Assembly: GCA_964016885.1 (NCBI GenBank)
Contig: CAXHJY010000688.1
Coordinates: 1-64,000 of the forward strand
From: Eledone cirrhosa
Lineage: Eukaryota
Reading direction: 5' to 3'
Length of the DNA: 64,000 bases
Every line of letters begins with the position of its first letter. The first letter of the stretch is position 1. The notes below the pieces were generated by a model. That model did not search any database. It worked only from the letters and a program-made list of their open reading frames with translations, and was not told the origin of the DNA. The translations under genes were made by a program, and so were the position numbers. This document shows positions 15,857-28,411 of the stretch, in pieces.

Positions 15857-15905
15857 TGATTGGTCCACGTGATAATAATGGTGGTGCGTGGGGGCGGGCG
15901 GGAGG
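15857..15905 (-). promoter_or_regulatory. Candidate internal Pol II promoter cluster (CCAAT box, CACGTG E-box, GC boxes) upstream of the RTE ORF
   Basis: gattgg (CCAATC on minus) ~15858, cacgtg ~15866, ggggcgggcgggagg 15891-15905, 50-100 bp upstream of the ATG at 15806. Confidence 0.4.
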
Positions 15906-15922
15906 AGTGTTGAGTTGTTAGC

Positions 15923-16573
15923 GAGAAGAATAGGTTTAAGTTAAATCCTAGTATTTAACGAACGTAAACAAAAATACAAGATTTGTTTAGTAAAATACGC
16001 CAAAAACTTCCGTATTTTACAATCAGGACAAAATACAAGAGATTTGTTTTGGAAAATACAGGAGGAAATAGGTTTGGAAGGACTATGGAATAAGCGGATG
16101 TTAGAAAGCTAGAAAAATGAGTACATTACATTTTACCATGAAAGAGAAATCTGCCACAAATTGGCGAAAGTGAATTACTTTATCTTGTATATGTATATGG
16201 ATAGAGAGAGAGATGGGGGGGGGGGGGGTTGACCGCATGTTGTAGAGTGTGGTGGAGTAGATATTAGGGAGCGGGAATTAAGGGTTTGAAATAATAACAA
16301 ATATATTTAAAATATTGTTAAGAGTTTGAAGTATCAAATATATTTAAAATATTTGTATATGAGAAGAATAGGTTTAAGTTAGATCCTAATATTTAACAAA
16401 CGTAAACAAAAATACAAGATTTGTTAAGTAAGATACGCCAAAAAATTCCGTATTTTACAATCAGGACAAAATACAAGAGATTTGTTTTGGAAAATACAGG
16501 AGGAAATAGGTTTGGAAGGACTATGGAATAAGCGGATGTTAGAAAGCTAGAAAAATGAGTACATTACATTTTA
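15923..16573. repeat. Direct repeat pair of ~213 bp (15923-16135 and 16361-16573) upstream of RTE copy B
   Basis: gagaagaataggtttaagtta...gagtacattacatttta present twice with few substitutions. Confidence 0.9.
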
Positions 16574-16624
16574 TATATATATACATATATATATATATAC
16601 ATATATATATACATATATATATAT

Positions 16625-16665
<41 letters not shown>

Positions 16666-16667
16666 TA

Positions 16668-17103
16668 TGGCGGTACTCAGTAATAGAGAAGACCCGCCTT
16701 ACCTAAATACAAAGTAAAACCTACAACAGTCAGTAGGCATCTCTAACAAAAGAAAAAAAAATATATATACCCCGTCCCATCAACCCCACCCCATCCACAC
16801 CGCCTTTTTCAATGTAAAGTTATGTTGGTGCCACAACATCCAGGCCGAAACAAATGAGATCGTGTAGGTGTCACGACAAAAAAACACACAGTTCACGCTG
16901 TAATGTGGCGTGTAGGCAACGCGGTAAAAACCTCCCAGTCCCACACTGTAAATGTGGTTGGTGTTAGGAAGGGCATCCAGCTGTAGAAAACCCACCAGAT
17001 AGTCCTATGCGAGCAAGACAATTACTCTTGCTTCAAGTGGGAAAACCCCCGTGCAAACCCATGCAAGCGTGGAACACGGACGTTAAACGTTGATGATGAT
17101 GAT
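16668..17103 (+). mobile_element. RTE family 1 3' fragment, copy C
   Basis: Starts at tggcggtactcagta (WRYSV, last ORF codons), full 3' UTR, (GAT)n tail. Confidence 0.9.
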
Positions 17104-17137
17104 ATATACATACACATATATATATATACATATATAT

Positions 17138-17188
<51 letters not shown>

Positions 17189-17211
17189 TATATATATACA
17201 TATATATACAT

Positions 17212-18927
17212 ATCATCATCATCATCATCATCATCAACGTTTAACGTCCGTGTTCCACGCTTGCATGGGTTTGGACGGGGGTAGTCCCACTTGAGGCAAG
17301 AGTGATTGTCTTGCTCGCATAGGACTGTCTGGTAGGTTTTCTACAGTTGGATGCCCTTCCTAACACCAACCACATTTACAGTGTGGGTCTGGGAGGTTTT
17401 TACTGTGTTGCCTACACGGCCACATTACAGCGTGGACTGTGTGTTTTTTTGTCGTGACACCTACACGATCTCATTTGTTTCGGCCTGGATGGTGTGGCAC
17501 CGACACAACTTTACATAGAACGGGGTGGCGTGGAAGGGGTGGGGGTGGTGGGACGGGGGGGGGGGGGTATTTTGTTAGAGATGCCTACTGGTTGTAGTAG
17601 GTTTTACTATGTATTTAAGTAAGGCGGGTCTTCTCTGTTACTGAGTACCGCCAAAGGTCTCGGTCCAGTGACATTGTCTTGGAGAGGTGTAAGTGTGTGA
17701 GGTCAGAGTTTATCAGCTCGTCCCAGGTTTTTCTAGGTCTACCTATTCCGTGGCTACCGTCTATCTTTATTGCCCTGCACTTTGTTATACAGCTATCGAC
17801 TTTCATGCGCATCACGTGTCCATACCAACGTAGCCTTCTCTCGAGTAAACAACATCTGATCCCTCTTATTTCTAATTTTTTCCTTAGTTCGTTTATGCTT
17901 TGCCGTTCACATATATTACTGTTACACATCCAGCGGAGCATGCAAGCTTCGTTCCTCTCTAGTCTGCGTATATCCTCTGCACACAATGCCCAGGTCTCAC
18001 TGCCATGCAACATTGCTGTTCGTATGCAGGCATCGTACAACCTGCCTTTCATTTTTAGGGAGAACCCTTTAGCGGCTAATAGTGGTATAAGCTCCCTGAA
18101 CTTTTTCCAACCAGTTCTGACTCTAGCTACTGTACTTTCAGAGCACCCTCCCCCACTGCTGATTTTGTCACCCAGGTAACGGAAGCTGTCCACTATTTCT
18201 ATAGAACCCTCTGCGCAATTGAAAGAGCTAGTATTTTGTGGGCACTTGCTGCTACTTATTGCACCAGAGCACCGGCCACATGTAAAATCTATGTTCTTAG
18301 TTAGCTTACCTGTGATCCCACTACATCTTTTATGCACCCATACTTTGCATTTAGGACATAAAATGGAGTTTCTACCTACGCCTTTCCTACACACCGAGCA
18401 CGACAATTTCCCTGAAGGGACCGCCGCCTTATTTTCTTTCCTACAAACTAGAACTTTAGTCTTAGCCAGGTTAATTTTAAGGCCTTTTGATTCTAGGCCG
18501 TGCTTCCATGTTTGGAATTTCTTCTCTAGCTCGGCCATTGATTCCGCTATGAGTGTCAGGTCGTCTGCGTATAGGAGTTCCCATGGGCAGCCGGTCTTGA
18601 ACTCCTCCGTTGTAGCCTGAAGGGCAATAATAAATAGTAGGGGGCTGAGAACAGAGCCCTGATGTACACCAACTTTTACGCTAAACTCTTCACTATATTC
18701 GTTGTTAATTCTAACCTTGCCGACTGTTTCTTTATACATGGCTTGTATAGCTCTCACAAGCCATTCGTCAACGCCTAGTTTTCTAAGAGCCCACCAGATA
18801 ATGGAGCGGGGGACTCTGTCGAAGGCTTTCTCCAAGTCGACAAAAGCTAAGTAGAGGGGTTTACCTTTAGCTAGGTACTTCTCCTGTAGTTGTCGTACAA
18901 TGAAAAGAGCGTCTGTGGTACTTTTGC
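17212..18927 (-). mobile_element. RTE family 1 5'-truncated copy D (RT C-half ORF 17615-~18925)
   Basis: 406-aa ORF nearly identical to copies A/B; tail-to-tail with copy C across ~110 bp of (TA)n. Confidence 0.95.
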
Positions 18928-19410
18928 ATGTCGCTTGAGTCCTACTGATTTACATTCTCTAACACATGCTTGGCAAGCATGATGAGTAGCAGCCTGGTAG
19001 TCAACATACATATATACATACATATATATACATACATACACATACATATATATACATACATACACATACATACATATATATACACATACATACATATATA
19101 TACACATACATACATATATATATACGCATACATACATATATATACGCATACATACATATATATACGCATACATACATATATATACACATACATACATATA
19201 CACATACATACATATATATACACATACATATATATACACATACATACATATATATACATACATACATATATATACATACATACATATATATACATACATA
19301 CATACATATATATACATACATACATATATATACATACATACATATATACACATACATACATATACATACATACATACATATACATACACATATATACATA
19401 CATACATATA

Positions 19411-20020
19411 TGGTGGCTGCCAACTCGTTTTCGAGTACGGCCACTACTTTATATCCATGTAGGAGAACCCCTACCGATGCGCTGAACGAATGTGACTTTT
19501 TAGTCCAGCCAGCGACTTGAAAACTCTGGTACAAACACTACACCTGTGACAATTATTGACACATAGTGTTGGGCCCATGGTACCATGTGACGACAAGTGC
19601 AGAGAGATCTCCAGATATAAAGCAATGCCTGTGCCGTGAAGCTTTTATAGTGAGCAAAGGCACTGCACAAAGCCAGTCCCACTCTCTTAACCAAGATGAT
19701 ATTTACCAAAAAGAAGAACAAGTCAACATCATTGGATACCATCAGGGTTGCAGGTGTTATATCAGAGTTTTCCTTCTCCTAGAATTCTGCCTTGACAAAG
19801 GCTAAGGGATCATCTCTCAGGATGATTTTGGATGGCTATTGACTCTTAAGAGCTCCTTTGCCCTTTGACAGGTTTTGTTTTTAGTCCTGCAGGATGTCCA
19901 TAGTCACCCTCTTCACCAAGAAACCTTGGTGGGGTTGCCAGTTTAGTCGCCAACGACCCGATCATGCGACAGGTTGTACTGGGATACATGTTACACCAGT
20001 AGCACCTACTGGAGACCTGA
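19411..20020 (-). mobile_element. Non-autonomous ~610-bp retroelement, copy 2 (apparently full length)
   Basis: Flanked both sides by (CATA)n; matches copies at 4325 and 57907. Confidence 0.85.
19938..20017 (-). ncRNA. Candidate degenerate HDV-like ribozyme at the element 5' end
   Basis: Minus strand: ggtctc(P1)...ccagt(P2) aca-acctgt-cgc(P3/L3, degenerate) atgatc(P1') gg gtcg-ttgg-cga(P4) ctaa(J4/2) actgg(P2'). Confidence 0.45.
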
Positions 20021-20047
20021 TATATACATACATACATATATATACAT

Positions 20048-20078
<31 letters not shown>

Positions 20079-20169
20079 TACAAACATACATACATACATA
20101 CATATATATATATATACATACATATATATACACATATATACACATATATATATACACATGTATAGACAT

Positions 20170-23100
20170 ATATAAGGCTACAGGCCAAGACTGGCTATTA
20201 TTATTATTGTAGCTGTATTCATTTCTATCGGTTATTTTGATAGCCATGACTGGCTGCCTACCTCACAATTTCCCTCCCACCACCATAGCCTATTCGACCA
20301 ATCAAACCTCAGCATGCCATTTCTTCTACTACTACTACTACTACTACCTAACTCTCTCCTCCCCCGTCCCAGCCCAACACACCCTGCCATTATTACCACC
20401 ACCACTGTTCTTCTCGCCCTGAAATTTTTCTACAGTTATGTATGGATGAGCTAAGAATAAATTGGAGCAACACTGAATTAATAGATGAAATGAATATGAA
20501 TCCGCGAGCTACCAAGCACCCATGTGAAGCCTCAATCCAGAGAGGAAGCACACACACACCCCTGCAAAAATCGACCCTTCCCTACGAGTGTTGACAAATG
20601 CCCAAAACTCCGAGTTGGTACCATCAATGTAAGCACGATGAAAGGAAGAGCAGGAGAAATCGTAGAAATGCTAGAGCGAAAGGAAATTGATGTATGCTGT
20701 GTGCAAGAGACTAGATGGAGAGGAGGGTCTGCTAGAGTCCTTGTAGGAAAAAGTCAGTGCTACAAATTTTTCTGGGTGGGAAATGACGATGGGATGGGTG
20801 GTGTAGGTATACTACTAGCTGACAAGTGGGTAGATAAAGTAATCTCAGTGTACAGGGTAAATGCAAGAATCATTAAACTCAGACTAGTCCTGAATAAAAC
20901 AATTACCACAATAATATCAGCTTACGCACCCCAATCTGGGTTGCCAGACGAACTTAAGGATAGATTTTATGAGTCCCTAATGCACACTACTGCTCTAACA
21001 AACGACAATGACTTCCTAATCATCGCAGGAGATTTTAACGGACACGTAAGTAAACACTGTGACGGCTTCAATAGAGGCCACGGGGTTGGCACAAGAAATG
21101 AAGAAGGATTCAGACTTCTAGAATTCTGCGACGTCAATGACATGTCGATATGTAACACAAACTTCAAAAAACCTGACAACCACCTGATCACCTATAGATC
21201 AGGGGAGCATTCTAGTCAGATTTTATCCTCATCAGATGGACGGTCGTAAACACAAAAGCCTACCCTAGTGAGGAATGTACCTCCCAACAGAGCTTAGTTG
21301 TCAGCGACCTCACGGTCAGAACTAGACGAACCTGGAAACAGAGGCCAACCTGGAGAAGAAAGATCTGGAAGCTGAAAGACCACTCAGCCAGTAACAGATT
21401 TAAAGATATTTTACTCAACGCCTACGACAGTAAAGAAGAACAGATAGAGACATTCAATGTAGAAGAGAACTGGGAGTTCCTAAAAAATAACTTACTAGAG
21501 GCGTCGGATGAGGTCTGTGGCTGGAGTAAGACCACAAGCAGGAGAGTGACTTGGTGGTGGAACAATAAGGTAGATGAGGCAGTTAAGGCCAAGAGACAGG
21601 CATGGAAAGAATGGAAGAACGGGGGGAGCAGGGTACATTACATAGAAACGAAGAGGGAAGCTAGGCGACAAGTATACTTAGCTTGGAGGGAAGCAGAGGA
21701 TAGAAAATTCAAGCATGTTTTGCAACGTGAGGACCAGAAACAGGAGGTGTTCAAGATTGCGAAGCAGTGTGTCAGAGAGAATTGTGATGTCATTGGAGCG
21801 AAGTGTATCCGGAATGATAAAGGTGAGCTTGCCCTCACAAGTGCTGAGAAGAAAGATGCATGGAAGAGCCATTATGATAGATTACTAAATGAGGGACCAG
21901 CAGTACAAGTCAGCAGCAGCGTAGTAAGTAAGGCAATCAAAGATATGAAGATGGGGAAGGCAACCGGTCCATCGGATATACCTGCCGAGATTGTGAAGGC
22001 ATCTGGGTCTGTAGGTCACACTATAACCACACGTATTGTTAACCAGGTAATACTAGAAGGCGTCATACCAAAAGATTGGTGCAGTAGCATCATTGTCAAC
22101 TGCTACAAAGGTAAAGGTGATGCACTAGATAGAGGAAACTATAGAGGTATAAAGCTGATGGACCAGGTCATAAAAGTAACAGAAAGAGTTATAGCACAGT
22201 TGATTAGGGACCGGGTGAAAATAGATGAGATGCAATTTGGGTTTGTACCAGGAAGAGGCACCACTGATGCCTTCTTCCTTGTGAGGCAGTTATAGGAAAA
22301 GTACCTAGCTAAAAGTAAGCCACTCTACCTGGCATTCGTCGATCTCGAGAAAGCCTTTGACAGAGTTCCACGTGCTGTAATCTGGTGGGCTCTTAGAAAA
22401 CTAGGAGTAGATGAATGGCTTGTGAAAGCTGTACAAGCCATGTATAGGGGAGCAGTCAGCAAAGTTAGGATTAGCAATGAGTATAGCGAGGAATTTAGCG
22501 TACAGGTTGGTGTCCACCAGGGCTCTGTTCTTAGCCCTCTCCTGTTCATCATAGTCCTGCAGGCAATAACGGAGGAGTTTAAGACCGGATGCCCATGGGA
22601 ACTCCTGTATGCTGATGACCTTTTACTTATAGCTGAATCTATGGTAGAACTAGAGAAGAAATTCCAAACTTGGAAGCAGGGACTAGAAAGAAAGGGTCTC
22701 AAAGTCAACATGACAAAGACTAAGGTCCTTGTAAGTAGACGAGAAAACAGAACCCAGATCCCCTCAGGGAAATGGCCTTGCTCAGTATGTAGGAAAGGTG
22801 TACGTAGGAACTTCATTCTCTGCCCCAAATGCAAACAATGGGTACACAAGAGATGTAGCGGGATCTCAGGAAGCTTAATTAAGAATGTAGGCTTCACATG
22901 CAGCAAACAGCCACAGGAAAAAAGTACCACCAATCTCTAGGAGGGCTCTGTAGAAACAGTAGACAGCTTCTGCTACCTAGGTGACAAAATTAGCAGCAGA
23001 GGTGGGTGTTCAGAAAGTACAATAACTAGGGTAAGAACGGGATGGAAGAAGTTCAGGGAACTACTGCCACTGCTAGCTGCAAAAGGCTTCTCCCTCAAAA

Positions 23101-23784
23101 TGAAAGGCAGACTGTATGATGCGTGTATCCGAACAGCAATGTTACATGGTAGTGAGACCTGGGCGCTGAAGGTGGAAGACTTACGTAGATTAGAAAGAAA
23201 CAAAGCCTGCATGCTCCAATGGATGTGTAATAGTAATATACTCGAACAACAAAGCATAAATGAATTGAGAGAGAGACTGAGCATAAGAGGAATCAAATGC
23301 TGTGTGCAGGAGAGGCGGTTGCGTTGGTATGGACATGTGATGCGTATGAAGGATGACAGCTGCATAAAAAGGTGCAGAGCATTAGAAGTCAAATGAAACC
23401 GCGGAGTGGGGAGACCCAAGAAGACCTGGGATGAGGTGGTAAAAGCCGACCTTACCCATTTACACCTCTCAAAGGCGATGACATACGACCGTGATCTCTG
23501 GCGTCACGCAGTAATACAGAGTACCCGATCTCCCATGGGTACATGCTGAAGCATATAGACAGTGCCCCCACACGCTCCCACTGCAAGGTGGTCGTGGAGG
23601 TGCCACGGCAAAAAAAAAGCACCCAGCCCACACTGTAAAGTGGACGTATAGGCACCACGGAAAAAGCACCCAGCACTCACAGTAAATGAGGTTGGTGTAG
23701 AAATCAAGCCAGAATCAGTTCCCGTCCCACCCTTGCAAGCAGGGAAAAGCGGATGTAAAATGATTATGATGATGATGATGATGA
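20170..23784 (+). mobile_element. RTE family 2, full-length but decayed (pseudo-ORF ~20524-23530)
   Basis: EN (GTINVSTM, CVQETRW, SAYAPQ, GDFNGH) and RT (YADD ~22608) fragments with frameshifts, stops and deletions; (GAT)n tail. Confidence 0.9.
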
Positions 23785-23795
23785 TATACACACAT

Positions 23796-23963
23796 ATCAT
23801 CATCATTTCATTTTACGTCCACTTTTCCCTGCTTGCAAGGGTGGGACGGGAACTGATTCTGGCTTGATTTCTACATCTGGATGCCCTTACTAACACCAAC
23901 CTCATTTACAGTGAGTGCTGGGTGCTTTTTTTCTGTGGCGCCTGCATGTCCACTTTTCAGTGG
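23796..23963 (-). mobile_element. Inverted 3' fragment of RTE family 2, tail-to-tail with the preceding copy
   Basis: 23812-23873 is the reverse complement of 23697-23760. Confidence 0.85.
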
Positions 23964-23994
23964 AATAATAGGGACCCCAGTCCTATCATCTTAT

Positions 23995-24131
23995 TTCTAC
24001 AGCTGGAGCATTTCTACTGGAGCAATGTGAAATAAAGTGTCTTGCTCAAGGAAACATCATTCGGTCTGAGAATTGAACTCACAACCTTTCAATTGCAAGA
24101 CCAATGCTCTAACCACTAAGCCATGTGCCTC
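23995..24131 (-). mobile_element. tRNA-derived CORE-type SINE, 5' part
   Basis: Minus: ggcacatggcttagtggttagagc (A box)...gtgagttcaattctc (B box)...ccttgagcaagacactttatttcacattgctccag. Confidence 0.75.
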
Positions 24132-24137
24132 CATATG

Positions 24138-24179
<42 letters not shown>

Positions 24180-24422
24180 TGCACACATACATATATATAT
24201 ATATATATAGAAATTACATGAATCAAAGTACAGTTTAAATCATTTATTTGGTTACAATTGTTTCCTCCAAACCGAGGTTTGGATTCTTCGCAGTAACTAT
24301 TTAGTGATATTTTACATACTTGACCTCCTTTTCAACACAAGAGACATATAAAAACATATGTATATATTGACCCACAGTGGGTTGACATCCATCATAATAA
24401 TATAGCAGTATGAATTACCAGT

Positions 24423-26696
24423 ATGCTGATCAAAGACCAACTCCCTATGTCAACCAAGAACATACCAGTACCACCCAAAAATACATATGAAAAATTATTG
24501 ATCGACAGTGTAAACTCCTTTATCAATAGAATGAGATGGAGGACATTCCATTATGATAAAAACAAATCTAGCAAGGTTAATAATACTAACAAATTTGACT
24601 CCTTCGGCTTTAAAACCTTTAGAAGCCCCCCTCATAACACACTACTAAACTCCTTTGAAAATGACCTAATAAAACTAGTTAAGAATATTAAATACAAAAA
24701 GCACCGTAATAAAAACAACACCTTCTTAAACAAACTTAGCACCTCTATTAATGATTTCGAAACTAGTAATAAAATTATTGTACATGCGGACAAAACTAAT
24801 AACATATACAGCCTAGATTATAATACTTATAGAAAGTTTATATATAATGAACTACATAAAAGCTACAAGAAAACCACTATGAAAAACTTAGAAGATATTA
24901 ATATGGAAGGCTATAATATAGTGTCCAAACTAGGACTCCAGAGACATACACAACCATATACCCCAAACCCCCCTAGATTCTCTCTGAAGGACCACAAGGA
25001 GGACTTCATTAGCAACCTCTCGATTAGACTCATCTGCCCTTCCAAGTCTGACATTGGCATTATCAGTAAAAAAATTTTAGATAAAATCATCCCACAGATT
25101 ACACACAAGATATACCTTAAACAATGGGGAAATACGGGTGAAGTGATTAAATGGTTCAAAGATATCAAGGATAACAAGGATAAAAAATTTATTCAATTTG
25201 ATATCAATCCTTACTACACCTCTATTTCCCCTATCCTATTAAATAAGGCACTTATCATGGCCATGGACAATAGTGACCTGACTAGACCCCAGATTGATGT
25301 CATACTTGTGGCCCGTAAAACACTAATCACCTTTGAAGACCAATTCAATATAGAAAGAACTAGAAAACTATTGCACAAGACATTCAAAAACTATAACCTT
25401 AGTATTACCATGGACAAAAACACTAAAAACGTCAACTTCCTGGACGCCACCCTCTACCTAGACTCAATGATATATGCACCTTTCCACAAACCTAATGAAA
25501 AACTCATTTACATAGATACCAAGTCTAACCACCCTAGATCTATATTAAACTATCTCTAAGGGAGTATCTAATAGAATCTCTAATCTATCCTATGACGTAA
25601 ACATATTTAACAAAAACTCGCAATATTATAATCAGGCATTAGCTAGATCAGGCCATAATATAGAGATCGAGTTCCTACCTACAAAAACACATAGCTACAT
25701 TATTTCGCACATGTCCATGAGAAAATTTAGTAATAGGAATAGCAACCACACACACACTAATAGGGATGATACCAACAAAAGTAACCCACACCACAGAAAT
25801 TACGATAGTACCATAAAAGGAAACAACTCACCAGACATAAAAAACAAAAATAGAAGAAGAAATAATACATTTTTCAACCCTCCTTTCAATCTAAACGTCT
25901 CTACCAACCTACCTAGGGCTTTCTTCTCACTACTAGATAAAAACTTCCCATCCGGCCACAAGTACCATAGCCTTTTAAACAAAAACACTATTAAAATCTC
26001 CTACTCTACTACGCCTAACATAGCATACCACATAGCTAGTAGCAATAAAAGAAAAATTAATTCTTACTTCCAACAAACTAAATCACAACAGACGATAAAC
26101 CTTCAAAATAACATTATAGTAACTAACCCTAATATCAATAGAAATAATAGTAATAGCACTAGTGTAAACAATAACGCTGGGAACGACAACCCACATAACC
26201 ATAACCCTATAGCTACCATCCAGACTTCTACACAACATAATAACCGGCAGACTAACACCCAGAATAATTGTAACTGTAGATCAAATAGAACCTGCCCTTT
26301 AGATAAAAATGCTTAATCAAGGATATCATATACTCATGCACAGTCACAACTATCAACTCTTCTGAAACCTATATAGGCTCTACTTCTAACTGCTTCAAAA
26401 CTAGATACAATTCGCACCTCCACTCTTTCAAAAAACACAGTCTAGCCAACTCCACTTCACTATCTAGCTACATACACTATCTAAAAACTAAAAATAAACC
26501 ATATACACTTAAATGGGAAGTGATAGGTAATGCGACATCGTACAAACCACCTAATAAATTTTGTAACCTCTGTCTACTAGAGACCCATACTATCATCTTC
26601 TCTAACCATAACCTCCTTAATAAAAAATCAGAAGTGTTCGCGTCTTGCCAACACCGCTTCCGATACTCTTTCCAAAACTTTAAACCCAATATATAA
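24423..26696 (+). pseudogene. PLE RT + GIY-YIG endonuclease; frameshifted, with the RT catalytic core deleted
   Basis: KNIPVP, RMRWR, ADKTNN, LKDHK, QFDI..YYTSI, NFLD, SNHP, FNPPF, CNCR..CPL, IIYSC..TYIG, CNLC; no MG/YxDD segment between ARKTL and NIERTRK. Confidence 0.85.
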
Positions 26697-28163
26697 CAAT
26701 GTCAGACTTGAACCCATCACCACCTCTAGCAACTAGCATCAGGGGCACACCTTACACCTCACCCATTAATCCACTTTAACGCAAATAGTGGCACCCTAAT
26801 AGTACCTTTTACCCTAGAAATATCCCCATGTACTTCTACTTTTGGTATATTGGCCTTGAATTACTTGGACTACATTGCACTAATATATAATTAATGTAAA
26901 CTGTAGGCACAAATTTGGTTGTGCTAACATTGTCCTGTACATGGAGTGCCACCATAGGATAGATAGAAGATTAAGTAATTAATTTATTAAAAAGGCTATA
27001 TATTCTATATGCTGAGTACAATGAATTATGTACAGGTGATATGCGAGTTATGAGTATATGTATGGCTTGATGGCCAGATTAGTGTCTTTGTATGAGAAAA
27101 TTGATCTCTGGACCACCCTGGAGATATTTAACTTTGCCATGCATTCAGACATACAATGACCCAGAGCTTACCGGGAGTCATATATAGTAATAAGACCCTG
27201 CCAGGTTCTGCAGGTGGACTACACTTACAAAGATCATTGATTTGGAGGTCTGACTCTTTTTGTAGAATGTTCGGTTGTGGCACTCCATGATAGAAGGTAA
27301 TCATCCTGATATGAACACCTTTAGTACTTCTTGATAGACTACACTGTAATTTATAGATAAGATACTTAAATTTAGAAATTGTTTATAACCTTATATGATA
27401 GGGACTCATTTGAAACACCATTAATGTACTTTAGGATTATAAATTTAACTATGAAAATCAGCTAGTTACCTCCCCTTACACATTAACTCCCCTTAGTCAC
27501 ACACACACTTCTGGAATATAATACAATGTCATCTCTCACAACAAAAACAACCCGATCTATGAATCAAATTAAGGAACGACAAGATATGATTTATAACATG
27601 GTTCTCCAGGCACCCAATGTTGAATCATCGTGGATTGTGTGATGGACATGTAGTCTATAAATTGCGTTTCCTGGATTGTGTGAGTGGTGGTGGGTGCGAG
27701 GACAGTGGTGCTGTTTTGCTTCTCATTTGTAATATTTTTGATATTTTTGGTGTTTCTCTACAAACGAGCTTATACATTGTACAGGTGTGTGAAAAATGCT
27801 TTAACAATACAGCCCCCATGATGCTATTGATTGCCTGCTTTAACTGCTTGTTTTTACATGTAACAATCTGCCGCACTATAATACTGTATAAATAAGACGC
27901 GTGCATGCCACACGTGAGACTGTTTCATACACTGACTACTCTAAACTTTCCTCTTGCTTTATCTTCATAAACTGCCAATGTTTTATTTTTATTTTTATTT
28001 TAATTTTGTCCTTTAATATGACTGTAACCTTTGTATGTAAATTGCCATGCTATATTATTATGATGGATGTCAACCCACTGTGGGTCAATATATACATATG
28101 TTTTTATATGTCTCTTGTGTTGAAAAGGAGGTCAAGTATGTAAAAAAAAAAATCACTAAATAG

Positions 28164-28212
28164 TTGCTCCGAAAAATCCAAACCTCGGTTTGGAGGAAAC
28201 AATTGTAAGCAA
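28164..28212 (+). ncRNA. Degenerate type I hammerhead in PLE pLTR
   Basis: ttgct-CCGAAAA(degenerate CTGAAGA)-a-tccaaacc/ggtttgga-g-GAAAC-aatt-GTA-agcaa; helix I ttgct/agcaa. Confidence 0.55.
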
Positions 28213-28411
28213 ATAAATGATTTAAACTGTACTTTGATTCATGTAATTTCTATATAACTGCTCTGTAAAACAACTGATGTTGTTACATTGAGCTATTTAT
28301 CTTACTGGTAATAAGATAGTAATGAATTACTGTCTTTCACTATTTAGAGTTTAAAATATATATAACCATAAAAGGTTTTATTATATACATAACCATAAAT
28401 AGTATCCTTAA

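Larger units (their letters stand above)
12180..16573 (-). mobile_element. RTE-clade LINE family 1, near full-length copy B (5' boundary uncertain between ~15920 and 16573)
   Basis: (GAT)n tail at 12180, 3' UTR, complete EN-RT reading frame, unique upstream sequence up to the next (TA)n at 16574. Confidence 0.9.

Noticed and set aside
12640-15921. Plus-strand ORFs of 60-166 aa over RTE copies
   Set aside because: Antisense shadows of the RTE ORF with no recognisable motifs
24060-24131. tRNA gene (also 49612, 56474, 60480-60556)
   Set aside because: A/B boxes continue into SINE bodies; no complete cloverleaf seen
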